NCBI GenBank assembly: GCA_963825525.1
Contig: CAWGTN010000002.1
Coordinates: forward strand, 1,056,001 to 1,120,000
Direction of reading: 5' to 3'
DNA: 64,000 nucleotides
Source: an uncultured Chloroflexia bacterium
GTDB lineage: Bacteria > Chloroflexota > Limnocylindria > QHBO01
Numbering within the stretch: position 1 is the stretch's first letter; each line of letters begins with the position of its first letter. A program made the translations under genes and the position numbers. Below, in pieces: positions 37,284-46,204 of the stretch. The notes beneath the pieces were generated by a model. That model was not told where the DNA came from. It did not search any database and saw only the letters and a program-made list of their open reading frames with translations.

Positions 37284-38195
37284 GTGAGAGTGCTGGTCAC
37301 CGGGGCCACCGGCTTCGTCGGCGGGCACCTGGTACGGGAGCTGACGGTGGCCGGCCACGAGGTCGTGGCTGCCCCGGCGGCACGTGATCTGGACATCGCC
37401 GACGCACCGGCCGTTCGCGCCTTCGTCTCAGCGGCGCAACCGCAGGTGATCGCCCACCTCGCGGCGGTGGCATCCAGCCAGAGAGCGGCCGGCAACACGG
37501 AGCTCGCCGTCCGCACGAACCTCGGCGGAACGCTGGCGGTGGCACGGGCGATCTCGGCCGTCGATCCTCGGCCCGGGCTCCTCCTCGTCTCCTCGGCGGA
37601 GGTCTATGCGACCCCGGCCGACGCCGCCGTCGCCATCGACGAGAGCTCGCCGACCACGCCGCGCGGCACGTACGGGCTGCTCAAGCTGGCACAGGAGGCA
37701 ATTGCGCTCGAACGTTCCGCCGAGGACGGATTCCCGCTCGTGATCGTCCGACCCTTCAACCACGTGGGGCCTGGGCAGCCCCCGATCGCCGCGGTGCCGT
37801 CCTTCGCCGCCGGCATCGTCTCCATTCGTGAGGGCACGGCAGACCGGTTGCGGGTGGGAAACCTGGACGTGGAGCGCGACATCGGAGACGTGCGCGACGT
37901 TGCGGCGGCCTATCGGCTCCTCCTGGAGGGGCTGGTGGAGGGCACCCGGGGCAGGCCGGCGGAAACGTTCAACGTATCGACGGGGACGCCCACCCTGCTG
38001 CGATGGGTGGTCGAGGAGCTCGGGCGCCTGGCCTCCGTCGAGCCGATGGTGGTCGTGGACGAGACGCTCGTCCGAAGCGACGAACCGCGGCGCATCGTCG
38101 GGGACGCCACCCGCCTTCGCGACGCCACCGGCTGGCAACCACGGTTCGATCCGAGCACCACCCTCGCCGACCTGCTGGCAGCGCTGGGCGGCTGA
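37284..38195 (+). CDS. GDP-4-keto-6-deoxy-sugar reductase (Rmd-like) SDR
   Basis: VTGATGFVG, SSAEVY, YGLLK, RPFNHVGPGQ, VGNLDVERDIGDVRD. Confidence 0.82.
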   Translation: MRVLVTGATGFVGGHLVRELTVAGHEVVAAPAARDLDIADAPAVRAFVSAAQPQVIAHLAAVASSQRAAGNTELAVRTNLGGTLAVARAISAVDPRPGLLLVSSAEVYATPADAAVAIDESSPTTPRGTYGLLKLAQEAIALERSAEDGFPLVIVRPFNHVGPGQPPIAAVPSFAAGIVSIREGTADRLRVGNLDVERDIGDVRDVAAAYRLLLEGLVEGTRGRPAETFNVSTGTPTLLRWVVEELGRLASVEPMVVVDETLVRSDEPRRIVGDATRLRDATGWQPRFDPSTTLADLLAALGG

Positions 38196-38199
38196 GCCG

Positions 38200-39330
38200 G
38201 TGCCGAAGCCCCCCGGGCCACTCGAGCTCGTCTTCATCGCCAACCCGGGTCACATCCTGGTCCAGCGCTGGATCTCGTTCTTCGCGCGGCGGGGCCACCG
38301 GGTGACGGTGCTCGAGGGCTTCGGCAACGGCGCCGGAGCCGATCCGGGCCACGGGATCCGGGTGATTCGATACGAGGCCAGGAGCAGGGTCCCTCTGCCG
38401 TTTGCGTCGATGCTCCACGCACGGCGGACGGTCCGACAGCTGCTGCGCGAGATCGGCCCGGACGTGGTCCACGCCCACACCGTGCGTCCCTACGGATGGC
38501 AGGCGGGCGTCGCCGGCGTCCATCCCTACGTGATATCGACCTGGGGATCGGACGTCCTGCTTCCCCTCCCCGGCCGGCGGGCGCAGTTCTGGCAGCGGCG
38601 AACCCTCTCGCGGGCCGATCTCGTCACGGCCGTATCCCCGCACATGCGGGACGCGGCCATTCGGCACGGCGCTCGGCCGGAGCGCGTGGTCCAGGTTCAG
38701 TTCGGCGTGGACACTGCCCGCCATGCCCCCGCGTCAACGGTTCCGGCGGAAACCACGCGCCTCGGCCTCGATGGACGTCCGTTCGTGTTCTCGCCTCGAG
38801 CAATGAAGCCGATCTACAACCACCGCACCATCCTGGATGCCTTCGCCCGCCTCACGGGCTCGCCGGTGCTGGTGATGACCGGCCGCAACGCCGATGCGGG
38901 CCACGCCGGCGAGCTCGGCGTCCAGATGGACGAGCTCGGAATTCGCGACCGGGTGCGGATCGTGGACGACGCCAGCGAGGACGAGATGCTGGCCCTCTAC
39001 CAGTCGGCGGCGGTCGTGGTCTCCGCTCCGCACAGCGACAGCTTTCCGCTCAGCCTGCTCGAGGCCATGGCCTGCGGCACGCCGGTCGTGGCCGGTGATC
39101 TCCCGCCGGTGAGGGCAGTGCTCGACCCGATCGCGCCCGACCGCGTGGTGGCCACTGGTGACGCATCGGCCATGGCTGCGGTGCTGGAATCGACCCTGGC
39201 CCTCGACCGGGACGCGCGCGAGAAGCTGGGACAGCGCCTGCGATCGGTCGTCATCGACACTGCGGACTACGAGACGAACATGCTGCGCATGGAGGGCCTG
39301 TACCGCGACCTGGCGGGCCGGAGCGTCTAG
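38200..39330 (+). CDS. GT4 glycosyltransferase
   Basis: VHAH, STWGSDV, SPRAMKPIYN, SDSFPLSLLEAMACGTPVV. Confidence 0.88.
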   Translation: MPKPPGPLELVFIANPGHILVQRWISFFARRGHRVTVLEGFGNGAGADPGHGIRVIRYEARSRVPLPFASMLHARRTVRQLLREIGPDVVHAHTVRPYGWQAGVAGVHPYVISTWGSDVLLPLPGRRAQFWQRRTLSRADLVTAVSPHMRDAAIRHGARPERVVQVQFGVDTARHAPASTVPAETTRLGLDGRPFVFSPRAMKPIYNHRTILDAFARLTGSPVLVMTGRNADAGHAGELGVQMDELGIRDRVRIVDDASEDEMLALYQSAAVVVSAPHSDSFPLSLLEAMACGTPVVAGDLPPVRAVLDPIAPDRVVATGDASAMAAVLESTLALDRDAREKLGQRLRSVVIDTADYETNMLRMEGLYRDLAGRSV

Positions 39331-40049
39331 CGCTCGGGAAGAAGTCGGGACCGGATCTCCGCGAACTCGACATTGGCGCGGTCGTAGTCCTCCGGCCGGC
39401 CGATGTCGAGCCAGAACCCGTCGAAGTCATGGCTGAGCGGACCGGCATCGGCCTCGATGAGATCACGCATGAGCCCGTCGAATCCCAGCGGACTGCCGGC
39501 CGAATAGCGTTGCAGCGTCGATCGGCTGACGGCGTAGACGCCGATGGCAACCGTGTACGGGATCGCCGGCTTCTCTCGGAATCCGACAACGCGTCCGCCC
39601 TCCACGTCCAGGACGCCGAACTCGATGCGCGCCTCGCGCCGTGCGGTCGCCACCGTGATCGGCGCACCGCTGGCGGCGTGCGTGGCGAGCATGGCCGCGT
39701 AGTCCATCTCGGTCAGCGTGTCGCCGTTGAGGACCAGGAAGTGCTCCGGCAATCGATCGGCGACCTGCACCACCGGGCCCATGGTGCCCAGCGGCTCCTG
39801 CTCACGCGCATAGTCGATCGCCAGGCCCCACTGCGATCCGTCGCCGACGTAGGCCTCGATCAGCTCGCCGAAGTGGCCGATCGCGAGCGTCGCGGAGCCG
39901 AAGCCCTGGTGCGCCAGCTGACGGATCACGATCTCGAGCACCGAGCTCTCGTCGCCGATGGGAACCAGCGGCTTCGGCAGCGTGATGGTGAACGGCCGAA
40001 GGCGGGTGCCCTTGCCGCCCGCCAGGATGACCGCGTGCGGCGCGGTCAC
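39327..40049 (-). CDS. Sugar-phosphate nucleotidyltransferase
   Basis: ILAGGKGTRLRPFT..LPKPLVPI, EPLGTMGP, LNGD, EKP, WLDIGRPEDY. Confidence 0.9.
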   Translation of the reverse strand: MTAPHAVILAGGKGTRLRPFTITLPKPLVPIGDESSVLEIVIRQLAHQGFGSATLAIGHFGELIEAYVGDGSQWGLAIDYAREQEPLGTMGPVVQVADRLPEHFLVLNGDTLTEMDYAAMLATHAASGAPITVATARREARIEFGVLDVEGGRVVGFREKPAIPYTVAIGVYAVSRSTLQRYSAGSPLGFDGLMRDLIEADAGPLSHDFDGFWLDIGRPEDYDRANVEFAEIRSRLLPER

Positions 40050-41035
40050 AGCGTGAACCGATCCGTGCGGTAGCGCGCCAGGTTCTCCGGCCGGGTGAAC
40101 CAGTCGATGGTGACGTCCAGCCCGGTCTCAAGCGTGTGGTCGGGCGACCAGCCGGTCAGGGTGCGCAGGCGAGTCGAGTCGCTAACCAGGCGCATCACCT
40201 CGGACGCGTCCGGGCGCATCCGCTCCTCCTGGCGCGCGAGCTTCAACGGCCGCCCCATCCGATCGGCGATGAGCTGCGCGAGGTCGCCGATCGAGATCTC
40301 GTTGCCGGTTCCGGCGTTCAGCACCTTGCCGGCCACCGCCTCGAGCGGCGCGTCGGCCGCGGCCATGAAGGCGCGTGCGGTGTCGCCGGCGAAGGTCAGG
40401 TCGCGGGTCGGGGTCAGCGCACCGAGCGCCACCTCCTCGTGGCCCGCCGCCAGCTGGGTGATGATCGTCGGGATCACCGCGCGGGTCGATTGCCGCGGGC
40501 CGTAGGTGTTGAACGGGCGAAGCGTGACGACCGGCACTCCGAACGCGGCGTGGTAGCTCTCCGCCAGCTTGTCGGCCGCGACCTTGGTGGCCGAGTACGG
40601 CGACTGGGCCTGGATCGGATGGTCCTCGTCGATCGGGACGCGCAGCGCGGTTCCGTAGACCTCGCTGGTCGAGGTGTGGACCATCCTCGGCGTGCCGAGC
40701 TCGCGCACGGCCTCGAGCACGTTCATGGTTCCACCCGCGTTCGTCTCGAGATACGAGTGCGGCGCGTGATAGGAGTACGGAATGGCGATGAGGGCTGCCA
40801 GGTGGTAGACGACATCCGCGTCGCCGATGAACTCGCGCGTGGCCCGCGGGTCCCGCACGTCTCCCATGACCACCTCGACCGAGGCAAGCACCTCGGGAGG
40901 CAGCGTGTCCAGCCAGCCGTGGGAGTCGAACGAGTTGTAGAGCACCAGGGCGCGGACCCGAGCGCCGCTCGCAACGAGCGCCTCGACCAGGTGCGAACCG
41001 ATGAATCCCTCAGCGCCGGTGACCGCTGCAAGCAC
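40046..41035 (-). CDS. NAD-dependent 4,6-dehydratase, LegB-like
   Basis: TGAEGFIGSH, YNSFDSHGWL, HLAALIAIPYSY, TSTSEVYG, QSPYSATK, RPFNTYGPRQS.RAVIPTII. Confidence 0.87.
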   Translation of the reverse strand: MLAAVTGAEGFIGSHLVEALVASGARVRALVLYNSFDSHGWLDTLPPEVLASVEVVMGDVRDPRATREFIGDADVVYHLAALIAIPYSYHAPHSYLETNAGGTMNVLEAVRELGTPRMVHTSTSEVYGTALRVPIDEDHPIQAQSPYSATKVAADKLAESYHAAFGVPVVTLRPFNTYGPRQSTRAVIPTIITQLAAGHEEVALGALTPTRDLTFAGDTARAFMAAADAPLEAVAGKVLNAGTGNEISIGDLAQLIADRMGRPLKLARQEERMRPDASEVMRLVSDSTRLRTLTGWSPDHTLETGLDVTIDWFTRPENLARYRTDRFTL

Positions 41036-41126
41036 GCCGTTTCCTCGTGAGTCGATGGGCTTCGAACGTGCGCCAGTATGGCGGAGGCCGGTCGCTGCAC
41101 GACGGCCACGGGTACAATCCGCGACC

Positions 41127-42629
41127 GTGACCGATGGCAGCGTCGACCGGCCAGCTTCGACCGCGTCCGAGGGCGAGCCGCCTCGGCGCCGGCCCCTCCT
41201 GCGCCGGCTTCTCGGCGAATCGGCCGTCTACGGTCTGGGTGGCGTCGCCAACCAGGCGCTCGCCATCATCCTCGTCCCGATCTACGCGCGGCAGCTGGGA
41301 CTGGAGAACTACGGCATCGTCGCGCTGCTGACGACGACGCTGTCCCTCTCGACCCTCGTCTCCACCCTCGCCCTGCCACATGCCTTCTTCCGGTCATACC
41401 TCAAGGAGTCGGACGATGAGCGGCAGCGCGCCCACGTCCTGAGAACAACCCTGGGGCTTCGGCTCGTCGTCTCGCTGATTGCGCTCGCGATCCTGCTGGC
41501 CCTCGCGTTTCCGGTCGCCGGGCTCCTCATCGGCACCGAGGGGGCATGGGTGCTGCTGGCGCTCATCGGTCCGATCGTCTTCTTCGACACCCTGAACCTG
41601 GTCCCCCTCTCCTTCCTGCGAGCGGAGCGCCGCCCGATTCCCTACGCCACGATCGCCTTCAGCCGCGCGGTCATCGGCAGCCTCCTCATCATCCTGTTCG
41701 TCGTGGTGCTCGACATGGGCGTGATGGGGGTTGTCCTGGGGTCGGCACTTTCGGCGACGATCACGGCGACCAGTGGGTTGGTCCTGCTTGCCCGGGACGG
41801 AAGGCTGGGCATCGGGTTCGACCGGGCGCTCGTTCGTCATATGCTGGCCTTCAGCCTTCCACTGGTGCCGGCATCGATCGCCAGCTGGACGCTCAACCTC
41901 TCGGACCGGTACCTGATCAGCGCGTTCGACGGCGCGGCGGCGGTCGGCACCTACTCCGCCGGATATACCGTCGGACTGGCCATCAACGCCCTCGCCATCT
42001 CACCGTTCACGCTTGCCTGGGGAGCGGCGTACTGGGAGATCGCCCGCCACGATGACGCGCGGGCCGTGATCGGGCGGGTGCTCACGGGGTTCACCGCGCT
42101 GGCGTCGTTCGCGGCGCTCGGGCTGGCCGCGCTGTCGACGGATGTCTTCCGCATCCTGCTCACCCCGGAGTTCGAGCCGGGGCGCTACGTCACCCCCTTC
42201 AGCGCCTTCGCCTACGTCTTCTACGGGATCTTCACGATCGTCACCACCGGCCTCAATCTCGAGAGCCAGACGCGCCGCCTGCCACTGGTGATGGGCGCGA
42301 CCGCCGTGGTCAACGTCGTGCTCAACCTCCTGCTCATCCCCCGTCTTGGCTACCTCGGGGCGGCGATCTCGACCCTGGCGAGCTACGGGATGCTGGCGCT
42401 GGTCGCCGGGCGTGTCTCGCAGCGCTATTACCCGGTGCCGTGGGAGCTGGCGCGCGTCGCTGCCCTGCTGGGGCTGGCCGGCGTCCTGGCGGCGGCGGCG
42501 TTGCTCGGGCCCGACCACGTGGCGTGGCGACTGGCGTGCATCGCCGCCTACCCGATCCTGGTGTTCATCCTGCGCCTGGTGCCAGCCCAGCTCCTCGATC
42601 CGATCACACGCGCACTGCGCCGATCCTGA
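41127..42629 (+). CDS. Oligosaccharide flippase (Wzx) family
   Basis: ESAVYGLGG, VPIYAR.LG..NYG, FSLPLVP, SDRY, LLIPRLG.LGAAI; many TM segments. GTG 41127 follows TACAAT-8nt. Confidence 0.88.
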   Translation: MTDGSVDRPASTASEGEPPRRRPLLRRLLGESAVYGLGGVANQALAIILVPIYARQLGLENYGIVALLTTTLSLSTLVSTLALPHAFFRSYLKESDDERQRAHVLRTTLGLRLVVSLIALAILLALAFPVAGLLIGTEGAWVLLALIGPIVFFDTLNLVPLSFLRAERRPIPYATIAFSRAVIGSLLIILFVVVLDMGVMGVVLGSALSATITATSGLVLLARDGRLGIGFDRALVRHMLAFSLPLVPASIASWTLNLSDRYLISAFDGAAAVGTYSAGYTVGLAINALAISPFTLAWGAAYWEIARHDDARAVIGRVLTGFTALASFAALGLAALSTDVFRILLTPEFEPGRYVTPFSAFAYVFYGIFTIVTTGLNLESQTRRLPLVMGATAVVNVVLNLLLIPRLGYLGAAISTLASYGMLALVAGRVSQRYYPVPWELARVAALLGLAGVLAAAALLGPDHVAWRLACIAAYPILVFILRLVPAQLLDPITRALRRS

Positions 42630-42633
42630 TCCG

Positions 42634-43551
42634 TCACGGGGTCGGCGGCGCCAGGTCATCCCAGATCCGAGCCATCGCCTCCTGCCAGCGCACGAGGCTG
42701 TACCGCTCGGCCGTGTCGGCGACCGCCCGCGGGTCATAGTCGGGCACGGCCCGCAGCGCCTCCGCGAAGTCGCCGTCGCGCACCAGCGTCCCGTTCGTCC
42801 CGTCGACGATGATGTCGCGCAACCCACCGACATCGCTGGCGACCACCCATCGCCCGCTGGCAAGGGCCTCGACCGCGACGAGGCCGAACGGCTCGGCAAC
42901 CGACGGCACGAGGACCACGTCGTGATCGGCCATGAGGACGGGCACCTCCTCGGGGGCCACGTCACGCAACCAGGGACCGACCATGGTGGTCGCCAGCGGG
43001 AGGGCGACCTGGTACCCCTTGCGAGGATTCTTGCCGCCCAGGTAGAGCACGCGATCGGCGCGCGGTCGTGGCGTGACGGCGAACCGGTCGAGATCGACCC
43101 CGGGCGGCTCCACCATCGGCTCGACGCCCATCCTGCGGATATGGGCCGCCGTGTCCTGCGAATTCGTCACCACGCGCGACGCGCGACGGATGACGAACCG
43201 GGTGAGCCAGCGGATGGGCAACGGCCTGTGCTCCCAGTCGCGCACGTCGCCCCCATGTGAGTACACGACCAGCGGCACCCTCCTCAGTCGCGCAACGGCA
43301 AGTCCGACGAGCCCGGTCGGGACGGCCATGTGGGCCTCGACCCCGCGGATGGGCCCCGCGACCCGCAGAGCGTTGACGAACAGCAGGGCGTAGAGCAGCG
43401 GCCACGGTTCGCGGCCGGTGCGGGGACGAACGACGACGAGGCCGTCGACCCCGCTCACACGATCACGAACGTAGCTTCCGAGGCTGGGGCGCGCGCGCGA
43501 CGGCCAGATGCGCGTGAGGACGAGGATGCGCTCCCCGCCACGATCAGGCAT
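42634..43551 (-). CDS. Compact GT4 glycosyltransferase
   Basis: HGGDV, PGVDL, RKG, PSVAEPFGLVAVEALASG, DVGG. Confidence 0.85.
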   Translation of the reverse strand: MPDRGGERILVLTRIWPSRARPSLGSYVRDRVSGVDGLVVVRPRTGREPWPLLYALLFVNALRVAGPIRGVEAHMAVPTGLVGLAVARLRRVPLVVYSHGGDVRDWEHRPLPIRWLTRFVIRRASRVVTNSQDTAAHIRRMGVEPMVEPPGVDLDRFAVTPRPRADRVLYLGGKNPRKGYQVALPLATTMVGPWLRDVAPEEVPVLMADHDVVLVPSVAEPFGLVAVEALASGRWVVASDVGGLRDIIVDGTNGTLVRDGDFAEALRAVPDYDPRAVADTAERYSLVRWQEAMARIWDDLAPPTP

Positions 43552-44602
43552 CGGCGCCCACCAGGGCCGAAACGATGTCCGACGCCCGCCCGGACCACGA
43601 TGCGGCACGTGCCGCACCGCGCGCGTTGGCCGACCATGCATCGAGCTCCTCGGCCGATGCGGCGGCCAGGCGGCCGATGGCGACGGCAAGCTCGCGGGCG
43701 CTGTCGCCGGAGACGATGCCGGCGTCGGCCGATGTGACGACGCGGGCCTGCTCCTCGCAGTCGGTCACGAGCAGCGGCCGCCCATACGAGAGGTAGTCGA
43801 ACAGCTTGATCGGCAGCGCCAGGTCGTTGTACGGGCTGCGCGGACGCGGGATCACCGTGGCCAACACCGCCGGCAGGAGATCGACGATCGCCGATCCTTC
43901 GGCCCGCACGATCCGCATCCACTCCGGATGCGGCGGTGGTGGCTCCTGCCCCGGACGGCAGACGATCGTGAGCTCGACGGCCACTCCGTTGGTCCGCGCC
44001 AGGCCGGTCGCCTCGATCAGCCGATCGGCGCCCTGCGCCGGAAGTCGGGCATCCCCCACGAACAGCAGCTGACGCGCGTCACGCTCCCTGGTGACCTCGA
44101 CCGGCGCGGGTGAACCGGGTGGGAGCAGCAGTGGATGGCCGCCCGAACCGAGGACCGCACGGGCGAGGCCCAAGGTCGGGAATGCGAGCCGGGTTGACAC
44201 CGCGCCGAGCGCGCGAACGGCAGGCAGAAAGGCCCGGGCGCCCATCCGCCGTCGCAGCGTATCGGCCCGGTAGTAGTCCTCGAAGAGCTGGTAGGCATCA
44301 CGGATGTAGGTCAGCACCGGAATGCCGAGCGCGCGCGCCAAGGCCAGGGCGGCATAGTCCGCCTCCGCGGGCAGGAAGCTCGAGCTCTCGACGTAGATAC
44401 CGGCCAGACCGCGCATTCGACCCGACAGCGTGTAGCGGGCAAGGGCGGCGCGCCGAGGTCCGCGATATCCACTGACCACGTCGAGGTCCACCAGCCGATC
44501 GAGCTCGTCACGCAGGTGAGTGATCCGAACCGTCGGCCCCCACATGCCCTGGTCCAGGGGGTACATCGAGAGCAGAAGCAGCCGGGGGCGTGGTCGGACC
44601 AG
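43544..44602 (-). CDS. GT4-like glycosyltransferase (probable CTG start)
   Basis: LPIKLFDYLSYGRP. In-frame CTG at 44602 is preceded by GGAGG-6nt and adds the RLLLLS first beta-strand. The first ATG is at 44566. Confidence 0.82.
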   Translation of the reverse strand: MVRPRPRLLLLSMYPLDQGMWGPTVRITHLRDELDRLVDLDVVSGYRGPRRAALARYTLSGRMRGLAGIYVESSSFLPAEADYAALALARALGIPVLTYIRDAYQLFEDYYRADTLRRRMGARAFLPAVRALGAVSTRLAFPTLGLARAVLGSGGHPLLLPPGSPAPVEVTRERDARQLLFVGDARLPAQGADRLIEATGLARTNGVAVELTIVCRPGQEPPPPHPEWMRIVRAEGSAIVDLLPAVLATVIPRPRSPYNDLALPIKLFDYLSYGRPLLVTDCEEQARVVTSADAGIVSGDSARELAVAIGRLAAASAEELDAWSANARGAARAASWSGRASDIVSALVGADA

Positions 44603-44673
44603 GACGAACCTCCGAGTACCGTGTGCGGGCGCTGTGATTCTAGCCGCTGCGCGGCAGGGACCTTTGAAGGGCC

Positions 44674-44702
44674 GGCGGACGGCGCTGCGCGCGCCGCCCG
44701 CC
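44674..44702 (-). terminator. Putative hairpin terminator downstream of glnA
   Basis: - strand GGCGGGCGGCGC-GCGCA-GCGCCGTCCGCC: a 12-bp stem 12 nt after the stop. No clear U-tract. Confidence 0.45.
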
Positions 44703-44714
44703 GATCACCGTGCC

Positions 44715-46082
44715 CTAGAAGGCCTCGAGGTAGCGGTCGACCTCCCACTTGCTGACCTGGGTGCGGTACTCGTCCCACTCCTCGGTCTTGGCCTCGACGA
44801 AGCGCTCGAACACGTGGTCACCCAGCGCGTCGCGGATGACCTCGTCCTTCTTCAGCTCCTCGAGCGCCTCGCGCAGGGTGCCGGGCAGCTGCCGGATCTT
44901 GCGAGACTCGAGCTTGGCGGCGTCGAAGTGATAGAGGTTCTCTTCGATCGGGTCGGGCGGCGTGAGCTTGCGCTCGACGCCGTCCAGGCCGGCGGCCAGC
45001 ATGGCGGCAAAGGCCAGGTACGGGTTGGCCGACGGGTCCGGGCAGCGCAGCTCGATGCGGACCGAGTTGAGGCTGCCGTGGCTGATCTGCGGGATGCGGA
45101 TCAGCGCCGATCGGTTGATTCGGGCCCAGCCGACGTAGACCGGCGCCTCGTAGCCGGGGACGAGACGCTTGTACGAGTTCACCAGCGGGGCGAGGACCGC
45201 GATCATGCCGCGCGCGTGCTCCAGCGTGCCGGCGATGTACTGCCGCGCCAGCGTGCTGAGGCCATAGGCGTCCTTCGGGTCGCTGAACGCGTTCTTGCCC
45301 TTCTTGATGTCCCACAGGGACTGATGGGTGTGCATGCCGGATCCGTTGATGCCGAAGAACGGCTTCGGCATGAAGGTGGCGTACAGGCCCTTCGACGCGG
45401 CGACCGCCTTGAGCGTCGTCTTGAAGGTGACCGCGTTATCGGCCGTGCGGAGCGCCTCGGCGTACTCGAAGTCGATCTCGTGCTGTCCGGTCGCCACTTC
45501 GTGGTGCGCCGTCTCGACCTTGATCCCGAAGTCCTCGAGCGAGTTCATCATCTCCTTGCGAACCTCGGTGCCGAGGTCCTCGGAGAGGTCGAAGTAGCCG
45601 GCCGCATCGTGCGGAAGGGTCTCGACCCCGTCGGCCGACCGGCGCAGGAGGAAGAACTCGAGCTCGGGACCGGTGTTCAGGACGAAGCCGAGCTTCTTGA
45701 CGCGCTCGAGCTGTCGCTTCAGCACGCCACGCGGATCACCCGGGAACGGGTCGCCGTTCGGGGTGAAGACGTCGCAGATCACGCGCGCCGAGCCGGTGTG
45801 CAGCTTCTCCTTGCCGTCGGGACCGATGCCGGGCTCCCACGGGATCGGACTGAACGTGTCGAGGTCCGGCACGAGGAACATGTCGGACTCGGCGATGCGG
45901 GCGAAGCCCTCGATGCTCGAGCCGTCGAACCACTTGCCGCCGCTGACGGCCCCTTCGAGCTGGTGCATCGGCACCTGGACCGACTTCACCTGCCCGACGA
46001 TGTCGGTGAACTGGAGACTGACGAATCGCAGGTTGCGGTCCTCGGCCAGCTTCATGACGGAAGCGAGCTTGGTTGGTGCCAT
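44715..46082 (-). CDS. glnA: Glutamine synthetase type I (GSI-alpha-like)
   Basis: FDGSSIEGF, GPELEFF, HHEVATGQHEID, ATFMPKP, NGSGMH, NSYKRLVPGYEAP, NRSALIRIP, RIELRCPD. SD GAGG before ATG 46082. Confidence 0.94.
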   Translation of the reverse strand: MAPTKLASVMKLAEDRNLRFVSLQFTDIVGQVKSVQVPMHQLEGAVSGGKWFDGSSIEGFARIAESDMFLVPDLDTFSPIPWEPGIGPDGKEKLHTGSARVICDVFTPNGDPFPGDPRGVLKRQLERVKKLGFVLNTGPELEFFLLRRSADGVETLPHDAAGYFDLSEDLGTEVRKEMMNSLEDFGIKVETAHHEVATGQHEIDFEYAEALRTADNAVTFKTTLKAVAASKGLYATFMPKPFFGINGSGMHTHQSLWDIKKGKNAFSDPKDAYGLSTLARQYIAGTLEHARGMIAVLAPLVNSYKRLVPGYEAPVYVGWARINRSALIRIPQISHGSLNSVRIELRCPDPSANPYLAFAAMLAAGLDGVERKLTPPDPIEENLYHFDAAKLESRKIRQLPGTLREALEELKKDEVIRDALGDHVFERFVEAKTEEWDEYRTQVSKWEVDRYLEAF

Positions 46083-46181
46083 GGAAAACCTCAATGGGTG
46101 GGACGAACATGGATCGTCCTTCAGCCTATCGAGCCGGCTCCGTCACGAGCGGGCGGAGAAGGCCGATCAGTCGCCGATGTC

Positions 46182-46198
46182 TTGTGCAATCTGCACAA
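46182..46198. promoter_or_regulatory. Palindromic operator TTGTGCA-N3-TGCACAA (PucR/CdaR-type) upstream of glnA
   Basis: Perfect 7-3-7 inverted repeat, AT-rich against the background, between the PucR-type gene and the glnA -10 (TAGGCT). Confidence 0.65.
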
Positions 46199-46204
46199 TG
46201 CCGA

